Part shown: piece after piece, positions 24,701 through 39,100 of the stretch
Layout: every line of letters starts with the position of its first letter
Position numbering within the stretch: position 1 is the stretch's first letter
NCBI GenBank assembly: GCA_965235115.1
Contig: OZ249436.1
Coordinates: forward strand, 372,001-436,000
Length of the DNA: 64,000 nt
Reading direction: 5' to 3'
Origin: Laetmonice hystrix
Taxonomy: Eukaryota
Notes under the pieces: generated by a model
Seen by the model: the letters and a program-made list of their open reading frames with translations, nothing else
Databases searched by the model: none
Told to the model about the DNA's origin: nothing
Translations under genes and position numbers: made by a program

Positions 24701-27700
24701 CTCGCCTGGAACCTTTCATTGCCGCTACCTCACTGTAGCATCTGCATGGCTACTATACGCCAGCCGGTAAAATTTAGGGACTTCTCACTCTACTGGTTGT
24801 CCTCCCACACAACTTGCCCCACAGTGTACTATTTGGCCTCACTGTACACTTTGGCCTCACTGTAGTGTTCGCTTGGATTCTAGGCCAGCCAGTAATACCT
24901 TGTAGGGATTCCTGCCTGTACTGTTTGGCCTCCCTATACCGTTTGCTTGTATACAAGAGTTGCCAGTAGTATAGGGACGCCTCATGTTTCATGTTTCCAT
25001 GCCTTTATTGTCCAGGAGGCAGGCCATACGTTTCGTCTATCATCTACTTCCATCTAATCTGTGTCCCCTACAGACCATCTGTAAGCGTCCGACAACGTTG
25101 TCAGGTCGTCCCAATGATTGTTTGCCGTAAAGGTTTAGTTAACAATGGCAAATGACGTTGTACGCCTTTTCTATATCAGATATCCCATCCCCAAGTAACA
25201 AAGAAAGAAAGAAAGAAAGAAAGAAAGAATACACAGAGATGTTGCACGCAGAAAACACCAGGGTGCAGCCAGCTCCACTGAAGCGCGACGGTGGCGCTGA
25301 CTGCACTGCCGCCTTCCGTCCGGCGGTGGAATCACCACGTACACCTGCCGGGCTGGCAGGCACCTCTGGCTCTTAGGCGAGAGACAGGTTAAAGCAATGA
25401 TAATCGAAAAATGGGGTAGTCAAATTGAAACTACGCACCCGAAAATTATTATTCTTAGGCCAGATGTATAACTGTCAAGCGTATAGGTCTCGTACGTTCG
25501 CTACAGATAAATGGTTGTGATGTGTACACTTCCCATTTGAGTATCTTCTCCAGATTTTAACATTAGATGCTCCTCGCCTGGAACCTTTCATTGCCGCTAC
25601 CTCACTGTAGTGTCTGCATGGCTACTATAGGCCAGCCGGTAAGATTTAGGGACTTCTCACTCTACTGGTTGGCCTCCCACACAACTTGCCCCACAGTGTA
25701 CTGTTTGGCCTCACTGTACACTTTGGCCTCACTGTAGTGTTCGCTTGGATGCTAGGCCAGCCAGTAATACCTTGTAGGGATTCCTGCCTGTACTGTTTGG
25801 CCTCCCTGTACCATTTGCTTGTATGCAAGAGTTGCCAGTAGTATAGGGACGCCTCATGTTTCATGTTTCCATGCCTTTATTGTCCAGGAGGCAGGCCATA
25901 CGTTTCGTCTATCATCTACTTCCATCTAATCTGTGTCCCCTACAGACCATCTGTAAGCGTCCGACAACGTTGTCAGGTCGTCCCAATGATTGTTTGCCGT
26001 AAAGGTTTAGTTAACAATGGCAAATGACGTTGTACGCCTTTTCTATATCAGATATCTCATCCCCAAGTACCAAAGAAAGAAAGAAAGAAAGAAAGAATAC
26101 ACAGAGATGTTGCACGCAGAAAACACCAGGGTGCAGCGCAGCTCCACTGAAGCGTGACGGCGGCGCTGACTGCACTGCCGCCTTCCGTCCGGCGTTGGAA
26201 TCACCACGTACACCTGCCGGGCTGGCAGGCACCTGTGGCTCTTAGGCGAGAGACAGGTTAAAGCAACGATAAGCGAAAAATGGGGTAGTCAAATTGAAAC
26301 TACGCACCCCAAAATTATTATTCTTAGGCCAGATGTATAACTGTCAAGCGCATAGGTCTCGTACGTTCGCTACAGATATATGGTTGTGATGTGTACAATT
26401 CCCATTTGAGTCTCTTCTCCAGATTTTAACATTAGATGCTCCTCGCCAGTACCTTTCATTTCCACTACCTCAATGTAGTGTCTGCATGGCTACTATAGGC
26501 CAGCCGGTAAGATTTAGGGACTTCTCACTCTACTGGTGGCCTCCCACACTACTTGCCCTACAGTGTACTGTTTGGCCTAACTGTACACTTTGGCCTCACT
26601 GTAGTGTTCGCTTGGGTGCTAGGCCAGACAGTATACCTTGTAGGGATTCATGCCTGTACTGTTTGGCCTCCCTGTACCGTTTGCTTGTATACAAGAGTAG
26701 CCAGTAGTATAGGGACGCCTCATGTTTCATGTTTCCATGCCTTTATTATCCAGGAGGCAGGCCATACGTTTCGTCTATCATCTACTCCCATCTAATCTGT
26801 GTCCCCTACAGACCATCTGTAAGCGTCCGACAACGTTGTCAGGTCGTCCCAATGACTGTTTGCCGTAAGAGTTTAGTTAACAAGTGCAAATGACGTTGTA
26901 CGCCTTTTCTATATCAGATATCCCATCCCCAAGTAACAAAGAAAGAAAGAATACACAGAGATGTTGCAGGCAGAAAACACCAGGGTGCAGCGCAGTTCCA
27001 CTGAAGCGCGACGGCGGCGCTGAATGCACTGTCGCCTTCCGGCCAGAGGTGGAATCACCACGTACACCTGCCGGGCTGGCAGGCACCTGTGGCTCTTAGG
27101 CAGGAGACAGGTTAAAGCAATGATAAGCGAAAAATGGCTACATTTTTGGTACGTCAGATTGAAACTAGGCACCCCAAAATTATTATTCTTTGGCCAGATG
27201 TATAACTCTCAAACGTATAGGTCTCGTACGTTCGCTACTGATATATGGTTGTGATGTGTACACTTCTCATTTGAGTATCTTCTCCAGATTTTAACATTAG
27301 ATGCTCCTCGCCTGGAACCTTTCATTGCCGCTACCTCACTGTAGTGTCTGCATGGCTACTATAGGCCAGCCGGTAAGATTTAGGGACTTCTCACTCTACT
27401 GGTTTGCCTCCCACACAACTTGCCCCACAGTGTACTATTTGGCCTCACTGTACACTTTGGACTCACTGTAGTGTTCGCTTGGATGCTAGGCCAGCCAGTA
27501 ATACCTTGTAGGGATTCCTGCTTGTACTGTTTGGCCTCCCTGTACCGTTTGCTTGTATACAAGAGTTGCCACTAGTATAGGGACGCCTCATGTTTCCTGT
27601 TTCCATGCCTTTATTGTCCAGGAGGCAGGCCATACGTTTCGTCTATCATCTACTTCCATCTAATCTGTGTCCCCTACAGACCATCTGTAAGCGTCCGACA

Positions 27701-27806
27701 ACGTTGTCAGGTCGTCCCAATGATTGTTTGCCGTAAAGGTTTAGTTAACAATGGCAAATGACGTTGTACGCCTTTTCTATATCAGATATCCCATCCCCAA
27801 GTAACA

Positions 27807-27838
<32 letters not shown>

Positions 27839-30800
27839 ATACACAGAGATGTTGCACGCAGAAAACACCAGGGTGCAGCGCAGCTCCACTGAAGCGCGAC
27901 GGTGGCGCTGACTGCACTGCCGCCTTCCGTCCGGCGGTGGAATCACCACGTACACCTGCCGGGCTGGCAGGCACCTCTGGCTCTTAGGCGAGAGACAGGT
28001 TAAAGCAATGATAATCGAAAAATGGGGTAGTCAAATTGAAACTACGCACCCGAAAATTATTATTCTTAGGCCAGATGTATAACTGTCAAGCGTATAGGTC
28101 TCGTACGTTCGCTACAGATATATGGTTGTGATGTGTACACTTCTCATTTGAGTATCTTCTCCAGATTTTAACATTAGATGCTCCTCGCCTGGAACCTTTC
28201 ATTGCCGCTACCTCACTGTAGTGTCTGCATGGCTACTATAGGCCAGTCGGTAAGATTTAGGGACTTCTCACTCTACTGGTTGTCCTCCCACACAACTTGC
28301 CCCACAGTGTACTATTTGGCCTCACTGTACACTTTGGCCTCACTGTAGTGTTCGCTTGGATGCTAGGCCAGCCAGTAATACCTTGTAGGGATTCCTGCCT
28401 GTACTGTTTGGCCTCCCTGTACCGTTTGCTTGTATGCAAGAGTTGCCAGTAGTATAGGGACGCCTCACGTTTTATGTTTCCATGCCTTTATTGTCCAGGA
28501 GGCAGGCCATACGTTCCGTCTATCATCTACTTCCATCTAATCTGTGTCCCCTACAGACCATCTGTAAGCGTCCGACAACGTTGTCAGGTCGTCCCAATGA
28601 TTGTTTGCCGTAAAGGTTTAGTTAACAATGGCAAATGACGTTGTACGCCTCTTCTATATCAGATATCTCATCCCCAAGTACCAAAGAAAGAAAGAAAGAA
28701 AGAATACACAGAGATGTTGCAGGCAGAAAACACCAGGGTGCAGCGCAGCTCCACTGAAGCATGACGGCGGCGCTGACTGCACTGCCGCCTTCCGTCCGGC
28801 GGTGGAATCACCACGTACACCTGCCGGGCTGGCAGGCACCTGTGGCTCTTAGGCGAGAGACAGGTTAAAGCAATGATAAGCGAAAAAGGGGGTAGTCAAA
28901 TTGAAACTACGCACCCGAAAATTATTATTCTTAGGCCAGATGTATAACTGTCAAGCGTATAGGTCTCGTACGTTCGCTACAGATATATGGTTGTGATTTG
29001 TACACTTCCCATTTGAGTATCTTCTCCAGATTTTAACATTAGATGCTCCTCGCCTGGAACCTTTCATTGCCGCTACCTCACTGTAGTGTCTGCATGGCTA
29101 CAATAGGCCATCCGGTAAGATTTAGGGACTTCTCACTCTGCTGGTTGGCCTCCCACACAACTTGCCCCACAGTGTACTGTTTGGCCTCACTGTACACTTT
29201 GGACTCACTGTAGTGTTCGCTTGGATGCTAGGCCAGCCAGTAATACCTTGTAGGGATTCCTGCCTGTACTGTTTGGCCTCCCTGTACCGTTTGCTTGTAT
29301 ACAAGAGTTGCCAGTAGTATAGGGACGCCTCATGTTTCATGTTTCCATGCCTTTATTGTCCAGGAGGCAGGCCATACGTTTCGTCTATCATCTACTTCCA
29401 TCTAATCTGTGTCCCCTACAGACCATCTGTAAGCGTCCGACAACGTTGTCAGGTCGTCCCAATGATTGTTTGCCGTAAAGGTTTAGTTATCAAGGGCAAA
29501 TGACGTTGTACGCCTTTTCTATATCAGATATCCTATCCCCAAGTAACAAAGAAAGATAGAAAGAAAGAAAGAATACACAGAGATGTTGCAGGCAGAAAAC
29601 ACCAGGGTGCAGCGCAGTTCCACTGAAGCGCGACGGCGGCGCTGCCTGCACTGCCGCCTTTCGGCCAGCGGTGGAATCACCACGTACACCTGCCGGGCTG
29701 GCAGGCACCTGTGGCTCTTAGGCGATAGACAGGTTAAAGCAATGATAAGCGAAAAATGGCTACATTTTTGGTACGTCAATTTGAAACTAGGCACCCCAAA
29801 ATTATTATTCTTTGGCCAGATGTATAACTGTCAAACGTATAGGTCTCGTACGTTCGCTACAGATATATGGTTGTGATGTGTATACTTCTCATTTGAGTAT
29901 CTTCTCCAGATTTTAACATTAGATGCTCCTGGCCTGGAACCTTTCATTGCCGCTACCTCACTGTAGTGTCTGCATGGCTACTATAGGCCAGCCGGTAAGA
30001 TTTAGGGACTTCTCACTCTACTGGTTTGCCTCCCAGACAACTTGCCCCACTGTACTGTTTGGCCTCACTGTACACTTTGGCCTCACTGTAGTGTTCGCTT
30101 GGATGCTAGGCCAGCCAGTAATACCTTGTAGGGATTCCTGCCTGTACTGTTTGGCCTCCCTGTACCGTTTGCTTGTATGCAAGAGTTGCCAGTAGTATAG
30201 GGACGCCTCATGTTTCATGTTTCCATGCCTTTATTGTCCAGGAGGCAGGCCATACGTTTCGTCTATCATCTACTTCCATCTAATCTGTGTCCCCTACAGA
30301 CCATCTGTAAGCGTCCGACAACGTTGTCAGGTCTTCCCAATGATTGTTTGCCGTAAAGGTTTAGTTAACAATGGCAAATGACGTTGTACGCCATTTGTAT
30401 ATCAGATATCCTATCCCCAAGTAACAAAGAAAGAAAGAAAGAAAGAATACACAGAGATGTTGCACGCAGAAAACACCAGGGTGCAGCGCAGCTCCACTGA
30501 AGCGCGACGGCGGCGCTGACTGCACTGCCGCCTTCCGTCCGGCGGTGGAATCACCACGTACACCTGCCGGGCTGGCCGGCACCTGTGGCTCTTAGGCGAG
30601 AGACAGGTTAAAGCAATGATAAGCGAAAAATGGGGTAGTCAAATTGAAACTACGCACCCGAAAATTATTATTCTTAGGCCAGATGTATAACTGTCAAACG
30701 TATAGGTCTCGTACGTTCGCTACAGATATATGGTTGTGATGTGTACACTTCCCATTTGAGTATCTTCTCCAGATTTTAACATTAGATGCTCCTCGCCTGG

Positions 30801-33120
30801 AACCTTTCATTGCCGCTACCTCACTGTAGTGTCTGCATGGCTACTATAGGCCAGCCGGTAAGATTTAGGGACTTCTCACTCTACTGGTTGGCCTCTCAGA
30901 CAACTTGCCCCACAGTGTACTGTTTGGCCTCACTGTACACTGTGGCCTCACTTGTGTTTTCGCTTGGATGCTAGGCCAGTCAGTAATACCTTGTAGGGAT
31001 TCCTGCCTGTACTGTTTGGCCTCCCTGTACCGTTTGCTTGTATGCAAGAGTTGCCAGTAGTATAGGGACGCCTCATGTTTCATGTTTCCATGCCTTTATT
31101 GTCCAGGAGGCAGGCCATACGTTTCGTCTATCATCTACTTCCATCTAATCTGTGTCCCCTACAGACCATCTGTAAGCGTCCGACAGCGTTGTCAGGTCGT
31201 CCCAATGATTGTTTGCCGTAAAGGTTTAGTTAACAATGGCAAATGACGTTGTACGCCTTTTCTATATCAGATATCTCATCCCCAAGTACCAAAGAAAGAA
31301 AGAAAGAAAGAATACACAGAGATGTTGCACGCAGAAAACACCAGGGTGCAGCGCAGCTCCACTTAAGCGCGACGGCGGCGCTGACTGCACTGCCGCCTTC
31401 CGTCCGGCGGTGGAATCACCACGTACACCTGCCGGGCTGGCAGGCACCTGTGGCTCTTAGGCGAGAGACAGGTTAAAGCAATGATAAGCGAAAAATGGGG
31501 TAGTCAAATTGAAACTACGCACCCGAAAATTATTATTCTTAGGCCAGATGTATAACTGTCAAGCGTATAGGTCTCGTACGTTCGCTACAGATATATGATT
31601 GTGATTTGTACATTTCCCATTTGAGTATCTTCTCCAGATTTTAACATTAGATGCTCCTGGCCTGGAACCTTTCATTGCCGCTACCTCACTGTAGTGTCTG
31701 CATGGCTACAATAGGCCATCCGGTAAGATTTAGGGACTTCTCACTCTGCTGGTTGGCCTTCCACACAACTTGCCCCACAGTGTACTGTTTGGCCTCACTG
31801 TACACTTTGGACTCACTGTAGTGTTCGCTTGGATGCTAGGCCAGCCAGTAATACCTTGTAGGGATTCCTGCCTGTACTGTTTGGCCTCCCTGTACCGTTT
31901 GCTTGTATACAAGAGTTGCCAGTAGTATAGGGACGCCTCATGTTTCATGTTTCCATGCCTTTATTGTCCAGGAGGCAGGCCATACGTTTCGTCTATCATC
32001 TACTTCCATCTAATCTGTGTCCCCTACAGACCATCTGTAAGCGTCCGACAACGTTGTCAGGTCGTCCCAATGATTGTTTGCCGTAAAGGTTTAGTTAACA
32101 ATGGCAAATGACGTTGTACGCCTTTTCTATATCAGATATCCCATCCCCAAGTAACAAAGAAAGAAAGAAAGAAAGAAAGAAAGAATACACAGAGATGTTG
32201 CACGCAGAAAACACCAGGGTGCAGCGCAGCTCCACTGAAGCGCGACGGTGGCGCTGACTGCACTGCCGCCTTCCGTCCGGCGGTGGAATCACCACGTACA
32301 CCTGCCGGGCTGGCAGGCACCTCTGGCTCTTAGGCGAGAGACAGGTTAAAGCAATGATAATCGAAAAATGGGGTAGTCAAATTGAAACTACGCACCCGAA
32401 AATTATTATTCTTAGGCCAGATGTATAACTGTCAAGCGTATAGGTCTCGTACGTTCGCTACAGATAAATGGTTGTGATGTGTACACTTCCCATTTGAGTA
32501 TCTTCTCCAGATTTTAACATTAGATGCTCCTCGCCTGGAACCTTTCATTGCCGCTACCTCACTGTAGTGTCTGCATGGCTACAATAGGCCATCCGGTAAG
32601 ATTTAGGGACTTCTCACTCTGCTGGTTGGCCTCCCACACAACTTGCCCCACAGTGTACTGTTTGGCCTCACTGTACACTTTGGCCTCACTGTAGTGTTCG
32701 CTTGGATGCTAGACCAGCCAGTAATACCTTGTAGGGATTCCTGCCTGTACTGTTTGGCCTCCCTGTACCGTTTGCTTGTATACAAGAGTAGCCAGTAGTA
32801 TAGGGACGCCTCATGTTTCATGTTTCCATGCCTTTATTATCCAGGAGGCAGGCCATACGTTTCGTCTATCATCTACTCCCATCTAATCTGTGTCCCCTAC
32901 AGACCATCTGTAAGCGTCCGACAACGTTGTCAGGTCGTCCCAATGACTGTTTGCCGTAAGAGTTTAGTTAACAAGTGCAAATGACGTTGTACGCCTTTTC
33001 TATATCAGATATCCCATCCCCAAGTAACAAAGAAAGAAAGAATACACAGAGATGTTGCAGGCAGAAAACACCAGGGTGCAGCGCAGTTCCACTGAAGCGC
33101 GACGGCGGCGCTGAATGCAC
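15730..33120. repeat. Higher-order repeat: tandem duplication of a 10-monomer block (period 8693-8697 bp)
   Basis: Private variants repeat at this offset: TGGACAGATG (~15891/24585), GGCGTTGGAATC (~17498/26191), GAGTCTCTTC (~17715/26408), TATCAAGGGC (~20791/29488), CGCCATTTGTAT (~21692/30389), CCACTTAAG (~22662/31359). Confidence 0.95.
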
Positions 33121-36100
33121 TGCCGCCTTCCGGCCAGAGGTGGAATCACCACGTACACCTGCCGGGCTGGCAGGCACCTGTGGCTCTTAGGCAGGAGACA
33201 GGTTAAAGCAATGATAAGCGAAAAATGGCTACATTTTTGGTACGTCAGATTGAAACTACGCACCCCAAAATTATTATTCTTTGGCCAGATGTATAACTGT
33301 CAAACGTATAGGTCTCGTACGTTCGCTACTGATATATGGTGGTGATGTGTACACTTCTCATTTGAGTATCTTCTCCAGATTTTAACATTAGATGCTCCTC
33401 GCCTGGAACCTTTCATTGCCGCTACCTCACTGTAGTGTCTGCATGGCTACTATACGCCAGCCGGTAACATTTAGGGACTTCTCACTCTACTGGTTGTCCT
33501 CCCACACAACTTGCCCCACAGTGTACTATTTGGCCTCACTGTACACTTTGGCCTCACTGTAGTGTTCGCTTGGATGCTAGGCCAGCCAGTAATACCTTGT
33601 AGGGATTCCTGCTTGTACTGTTTGGCCTCCCTGTACCGTTTGCTTGTATACAAGAGTTGCCACTAGTATAGGGACGCCTCATGTTTCCTGTTTCCATGCC
33701 TTTATTGTCCAGGAGGCAGGCCATACGTTTCGTCTATCATCTACTTCCATCTAATCTGTGTCCCCTACAGACCATCTGTAAGCGTCCGACAACGTTGTCA
33801 GGTCGTCCCAATGATTGTTTGCCGTAAAGGTTTAGTTAACAATGGCAAATGGCGTTGTACGCCTTTTCTATATCAGATATCCCATCCCCAAGTAACAAAG
33901 AAAGATAGAAAGAAAGAAAGAATACACAGAGATGTTGCACGCAGAAAACACCAGGGTGCAGCGCAGCTCCACTGAAGCGCGACGGCGGCGCTGACTGCAC
34001 TGCCGCCTTCCGTCCGGCGGTGGAATCACCACGTACACCTGCCGGGCTGGCAGGCACCTGTGGCTCTTAGGCGAGAGACAGGTTAAAGCAATGATAAGCG
34101 AAAAATGGGGTAGTCAAATTGAAACTACGCACCCGAAAATTATTATTCTTAGGCCAGATGTATAACTGTCAAGCGTATAGGTCTCGTACGTTCGCTACAG
34201 ATATATGGTTGTGATGTGTACACTTCCCATTTGCGTATCTTCTCCAGATTTTAACATTAGATGCTCCTCGCCTGGAACCTTTCATTGCCGCTACCTCACT
34301 GTAGTGTCTGCATGGCTACTATAGGCCAGCCGGTAAGATTTAGGGACTTCTCACTCTACTGGTTGGCCTCTCAGACAACTTGCCCCACAGTGTACTGTTT
34401 GGCCTCACTGTACACTTTGGCCTCACTGTAGTGTTCGCTTGGATGCTAGGCCAGCCAGTAATACCTTGTAGGGATTCCTGCCTGTACTGTTTGGCCTCCC
34501 TGTACCGTTTGCTTGTATGCAAGAGTTGCCAGTAGTATAGGGACGCCTCATGTTTCATGTTTCCATGCCTTTATTGTCCAGGAGGCAGGCCATACGTTCC
34601 GTCTATCATCTACTTCCATCTAATCTGTGTCCCCTACAGACCATCTGTAAGCGTCCGACAACGTTGTCAGGTCGTCCCAATGATTGTTTGCCGTAAAGGT
34701 TTAGTTAACAATGGCAAATGACGTTGTACACCTTTTCTATATCAGATATCTCATCCCCAAGTACCAAAGAAAGAAAGAAAGAAAGAAAGAATACACAGAG
34801 ATGTTGCAGGCAGAAAACACCAGGGTGCAGCGCAGCTCCACTGAAGCATGACGGCGGCGCTGACTGCACTGCCGCCTTCCGTCCGGCGGTGGAATCACCA
34901 CGTACACCTGCCGGGCTGGCAGGCACCTGTGGCTCTTAGGCGAGAGACAGGTTAAAGCAATGATAAGCGAAAAAGGGGGTAGTCAAATTGAAACTACGCA
35001 CCCGAAAATTATTATTCTTAGGCCAGATGTATAACTGTCAAGCGTATAGGTCTCGTACGTTCGCTACAGATATATGATTGTGATTTGTACATTTCCCATT
35101 TGGGTATCTTCTCCAGATTTTAACATTAGATGCTCCTGGCCTGGAACCTTTCATTGCCGCTACCTCACTGTAGTGTCTGCATGGCTACAATAGGCCATCC
35201 GGTAAGATTTAGGGACTTCTCACTCTGCTGGTTGGCCTTCCACACAACTTGCCCCACAGTGTACTGTTTGGCCTCACTGTACACTTTGGACTCACTGTAG
35301 TGTTCGCTTGGATGCTAGGCCAGCCAGTAATACCTTGTAGGGATTCCTGCCTGTACTGTTTGGCCTCCCTGTACCGTTTGCTTGTATACAAGAGTTGCCA
35401 GTAGTATAGGGACGCCTCATGTTTCATGTTTCCATGCCTTTATTGTCCAGGAGGCAGGCCATACGTTTCGTCTATCATCTACTTCCATCTAATCTGTGTC
35501 CCCTACAGACCATCTGTAAGCGTCCGACAACGTTGTCAGGTCGTCCCAATGATTGTTTGCCGTAAAGGTTTAGTTAACAATGGCAAATGGCGTTGTACGC
35601 CTTTTCTATATCAGATATCCCATCCCCAAGTAACAAAGAAAGATAGAAAGAAAGAAAGAATACACAGAGATGTTGCACGCAGAAAACACCAGGGTGCAGC
35701 GCAGCTCCACTGAAGCGCGACGGCGGCGCTGACTGCACTGCCGCCTTCCGTCCGGCGGTGGAATCACCACGTACACCTGCCGGGCTGGCAGGCACCTGTG
35801 GCTCTTAGGCGAGAGACAGGTTAAAGCAATGATAAGCGAAAAATGGGGTAGTCAAATTGAAACTACGCACCCGAAAATTATTATTCTTAGGCCAGATGTA
35901 TAACTGTCAAGCGTATAGGTCTCGTACGTTCGCTACAGATATATGGTTGTGATGTGTACACTTCCCATTTGCGTATCTTCTCCAGATTTTAACATTAGAT
36001 GCTCCTCGCCTGGAACCTTTCATTGCCGCTACCTCACTGTAGTGTCTGCATGGCTACTATAGGCCAGCCGGTAAAATTTAGGGACTTCTCACTCTACTGG

Positions 36101-39100
36101 TTGGCCTCTCAGACAACTTGCCCCACAGTGTACTGTTTGGCCTCACTGTACACTTTGGCCTCACTGTAGTGTTCGCTTGGATGCTAGGCCAGCCAGTAAT
36201 ACCTTGTAGGGATTCATGCCTGTACTGTTTGGCCTTCCTCTACCGTTTGCTTGTATACAAGAGTAGCCAGTAGTATAGGGACGCCTCATGTTTCATGTTT
36301 CCATGCCTTTATTGTCCAGGAGGCAGGCCATACGTTCCGTCTATCATCTACTTCCATCTAATCTGTGTCCCCTACAGACCATCTGTAAGCGTCCGACAAC
36401 GTTGTCAGGTCGTCCCAATGATTGTTTGCCGTAAAGGTTTAGTTAACAATGGCAAATGACGTTGTACGCCTTTTCTATATCAGATATCTCATCCCCAAGT
36501 ACCAAAGAAAGAAAGAAAGAAAGAATACACAGAGATGTTGCAGGCAGAAAACACCAGGGTGCAGCGCAGCTCCACTGAAGCATGACGGCGGCGCTGACTG
36601 CACTGCCGCCTTCCGTCCGGCGGTGGAATCACCACGTACACCTGCCGGGCTGGCAGGCACCTGTGGCTCTTAGGCGAGAGACAGGTTAAAGCAATGATAA
36701 GCGAAAAAGGGGGTAGTCAAATTGAAACTACGCACCCGAAAATCATTATTCTTAGGCCAGATGTATAACTGTCAAGCGTATAGGTCTCGTACGTTCGCTA
36801 CAGATATATGGTTGTGATGTGTACACTTCCCATTTGCGTATCTTCTCCAGATTTTAACATTAGATGCTCCTCGCCTGGAACCTTTCATTGCCGCTACCTC
36901 ACTGTAGTGTCTGCATGGCTACTATAGGCCAGCCGGTAAGATTTAGGGACTTCTCACTCTACTGGTTGGCCTCTCAGACAACTTGCCCCACAGTGTACTG
37001 TTTGGCCTCACTGTACACTTTGGCCTCACTGTAGTGTTCGCTTGGATGCTAGGCCAGCCAGTAATACCTTGTAGGGATTCCTGCCTGTACTGTTTGGCCT
37101 CCCTGTACCGTTTGCTTGTATGCAAGAGTTGCCAGTAGTATAGGGACGCCTCATGTTTCATGTTTCCATGCCTTTATTGTCCAGGAGGCAGGCCATACGT
37201 TCCGTCTATCATCTACTTCCATCTAATCTGTGTCCCCTACAGACCATCTGTAAGCGTCCGACAACGTTGTCAGGTCGTCCCAATGATTGTTTGCCGTAAA
37301 GGTTTAGTTAACAATGGCAAATGACGTTGTACACCTTTTCTATATCAGATATCTCATCCCCAAGTACCAAAGAAAGAAAGAAAGAAAGAATACACAGAGA
37401 TGTTGCAGGCAGAAAACACCAGGGTGCAGCGCAGCTCCACTGAAGCATGACGGCGGCGCTGACTGCACTGCCGCCTTCCGTCCGGCGGTGGAATCACCAC
37501 GTACACCTGCCGGGCTGGCAGGCACCTGTGGCTCTTAGGCGAGAGACAGGTTAAAGCAATGATAAGCGAAAAAGGGGGTAGTCAAATTGAAACTACGAAC
37601 CCGAAAATTATTATTCTTAGGCCAGATGTATAACTGTCAAGCGTATAGGTCTCGTACGTTCGCTACAGATATATGATTGTGATTTGTACATTTCCCATTT
37701 GGGTATCTTCTCCAGATTTTAACATTAGATGCTCCTGGCCTGGAACCTTTCATTGCCGCTACCTCACTGTAGTGTCTGCATGGCTACAATAGGCCATCCG
37801 GTAAGATTTAGGGACTTCTCACTCTGCTGGTTGGCCTTCCACACAACTTGCCCCACAGTGTACTGTTTGGCCTCACTGTACACTTTGGACTCACTGTAGT
37901 GTTCGCTTGGATGCTAGGCCAGCCAGTAATACCTTGTAGGGATTCCTGCCTGTACTGTTTGGCCTCCCTGTACCGTTTGCTTGTATACAAGAGTTGCCAG
38001 TAGTATAGGGACGCCTCATGTTTCATGTTTCCATGCCTTTATTGTCCAGGAGGCAGGCCATACGTTTCGTCTATCATCTACTTCCATCTAATCTGTGTCC
38101 CCTACAGACCATCTGTAAGCGTCCGACAACGTTGTCAGGTCGTCCCAATGATTGTTTGCCGTAAAGGTTTAGTTAACAATGGCAAATGACGTTGTACGCC
38201 TTTTCTATATCAGATATCCCATCCCCAAGTAACAAAGAAAGAAAGAAAGAAAGAAAGAAAGAATACACAGAGATGTTGCACGCAGAAAACACCAGGGTGC
38301 AGCGCAGCTCCACTGAAGCGCGACGGTGGCGCTGACTGCACTGCCGCCTTCCGTCCGGCGGTGGAATCACCACGTACACCTGCCGGGCTGGCAGGCACCT
38401 CTGGCTCTTAGGCGAGAGACAGGTTAAAGCAATGATAAGCGAAAAAGGGGGTAGTCAAATTGAAACTACGCACCCGAAAATTATTATTCTTAGGCCAGAT
38501 GTATAACTGTCAAGCGTATAGGTCTCGTACGTTCGCTACAGATAAATGGTTGTGATGTGTACACTTCCCATTTGAGTATCTTCTCCAGATTTTAACATTA
38601 GATGCTCCTCGCCTGGAACCTTTCATTGCCGCTACCTCACTGTAGTGTCGGCATGGCTACAATAGGCCATCCGGTAAGATTTAGGGACTTCTCACTCTGC
38701 TGGTTGGCCTCCAACACAACTTGCCCCACAGTGTACTGTTTGGCCTCACTGTACACTTTGGCCTCACTGTAGTGTTCGCTTGGATGCTAGACCAGCCAGT
38801 AATACCTTGTAGGGATTCCTGCCTGTACTGTTTGGCCTCCCTGTACCGTTTGCTTGTATACAAGAGTAGCCAGTAGTATAGGGACGCCTCATGTTTCATG
38901 TTTCCATGCCTTTATTATCCAGGAGGCAGGCCATACGTTTCGTCTATCATCTACTCCCATCTAATCTGTGTCCCCTACAGACCATCTGTAAGCGTCCGAC
39001 AACGTTGTCAGGTCGTCCCAATGACTGTTTGCCGTAAGAGTTTAGTTAACAAGTGCAAATGACGTTGTACGCCTTTTCTATATCAGATATCCCATCCCCA

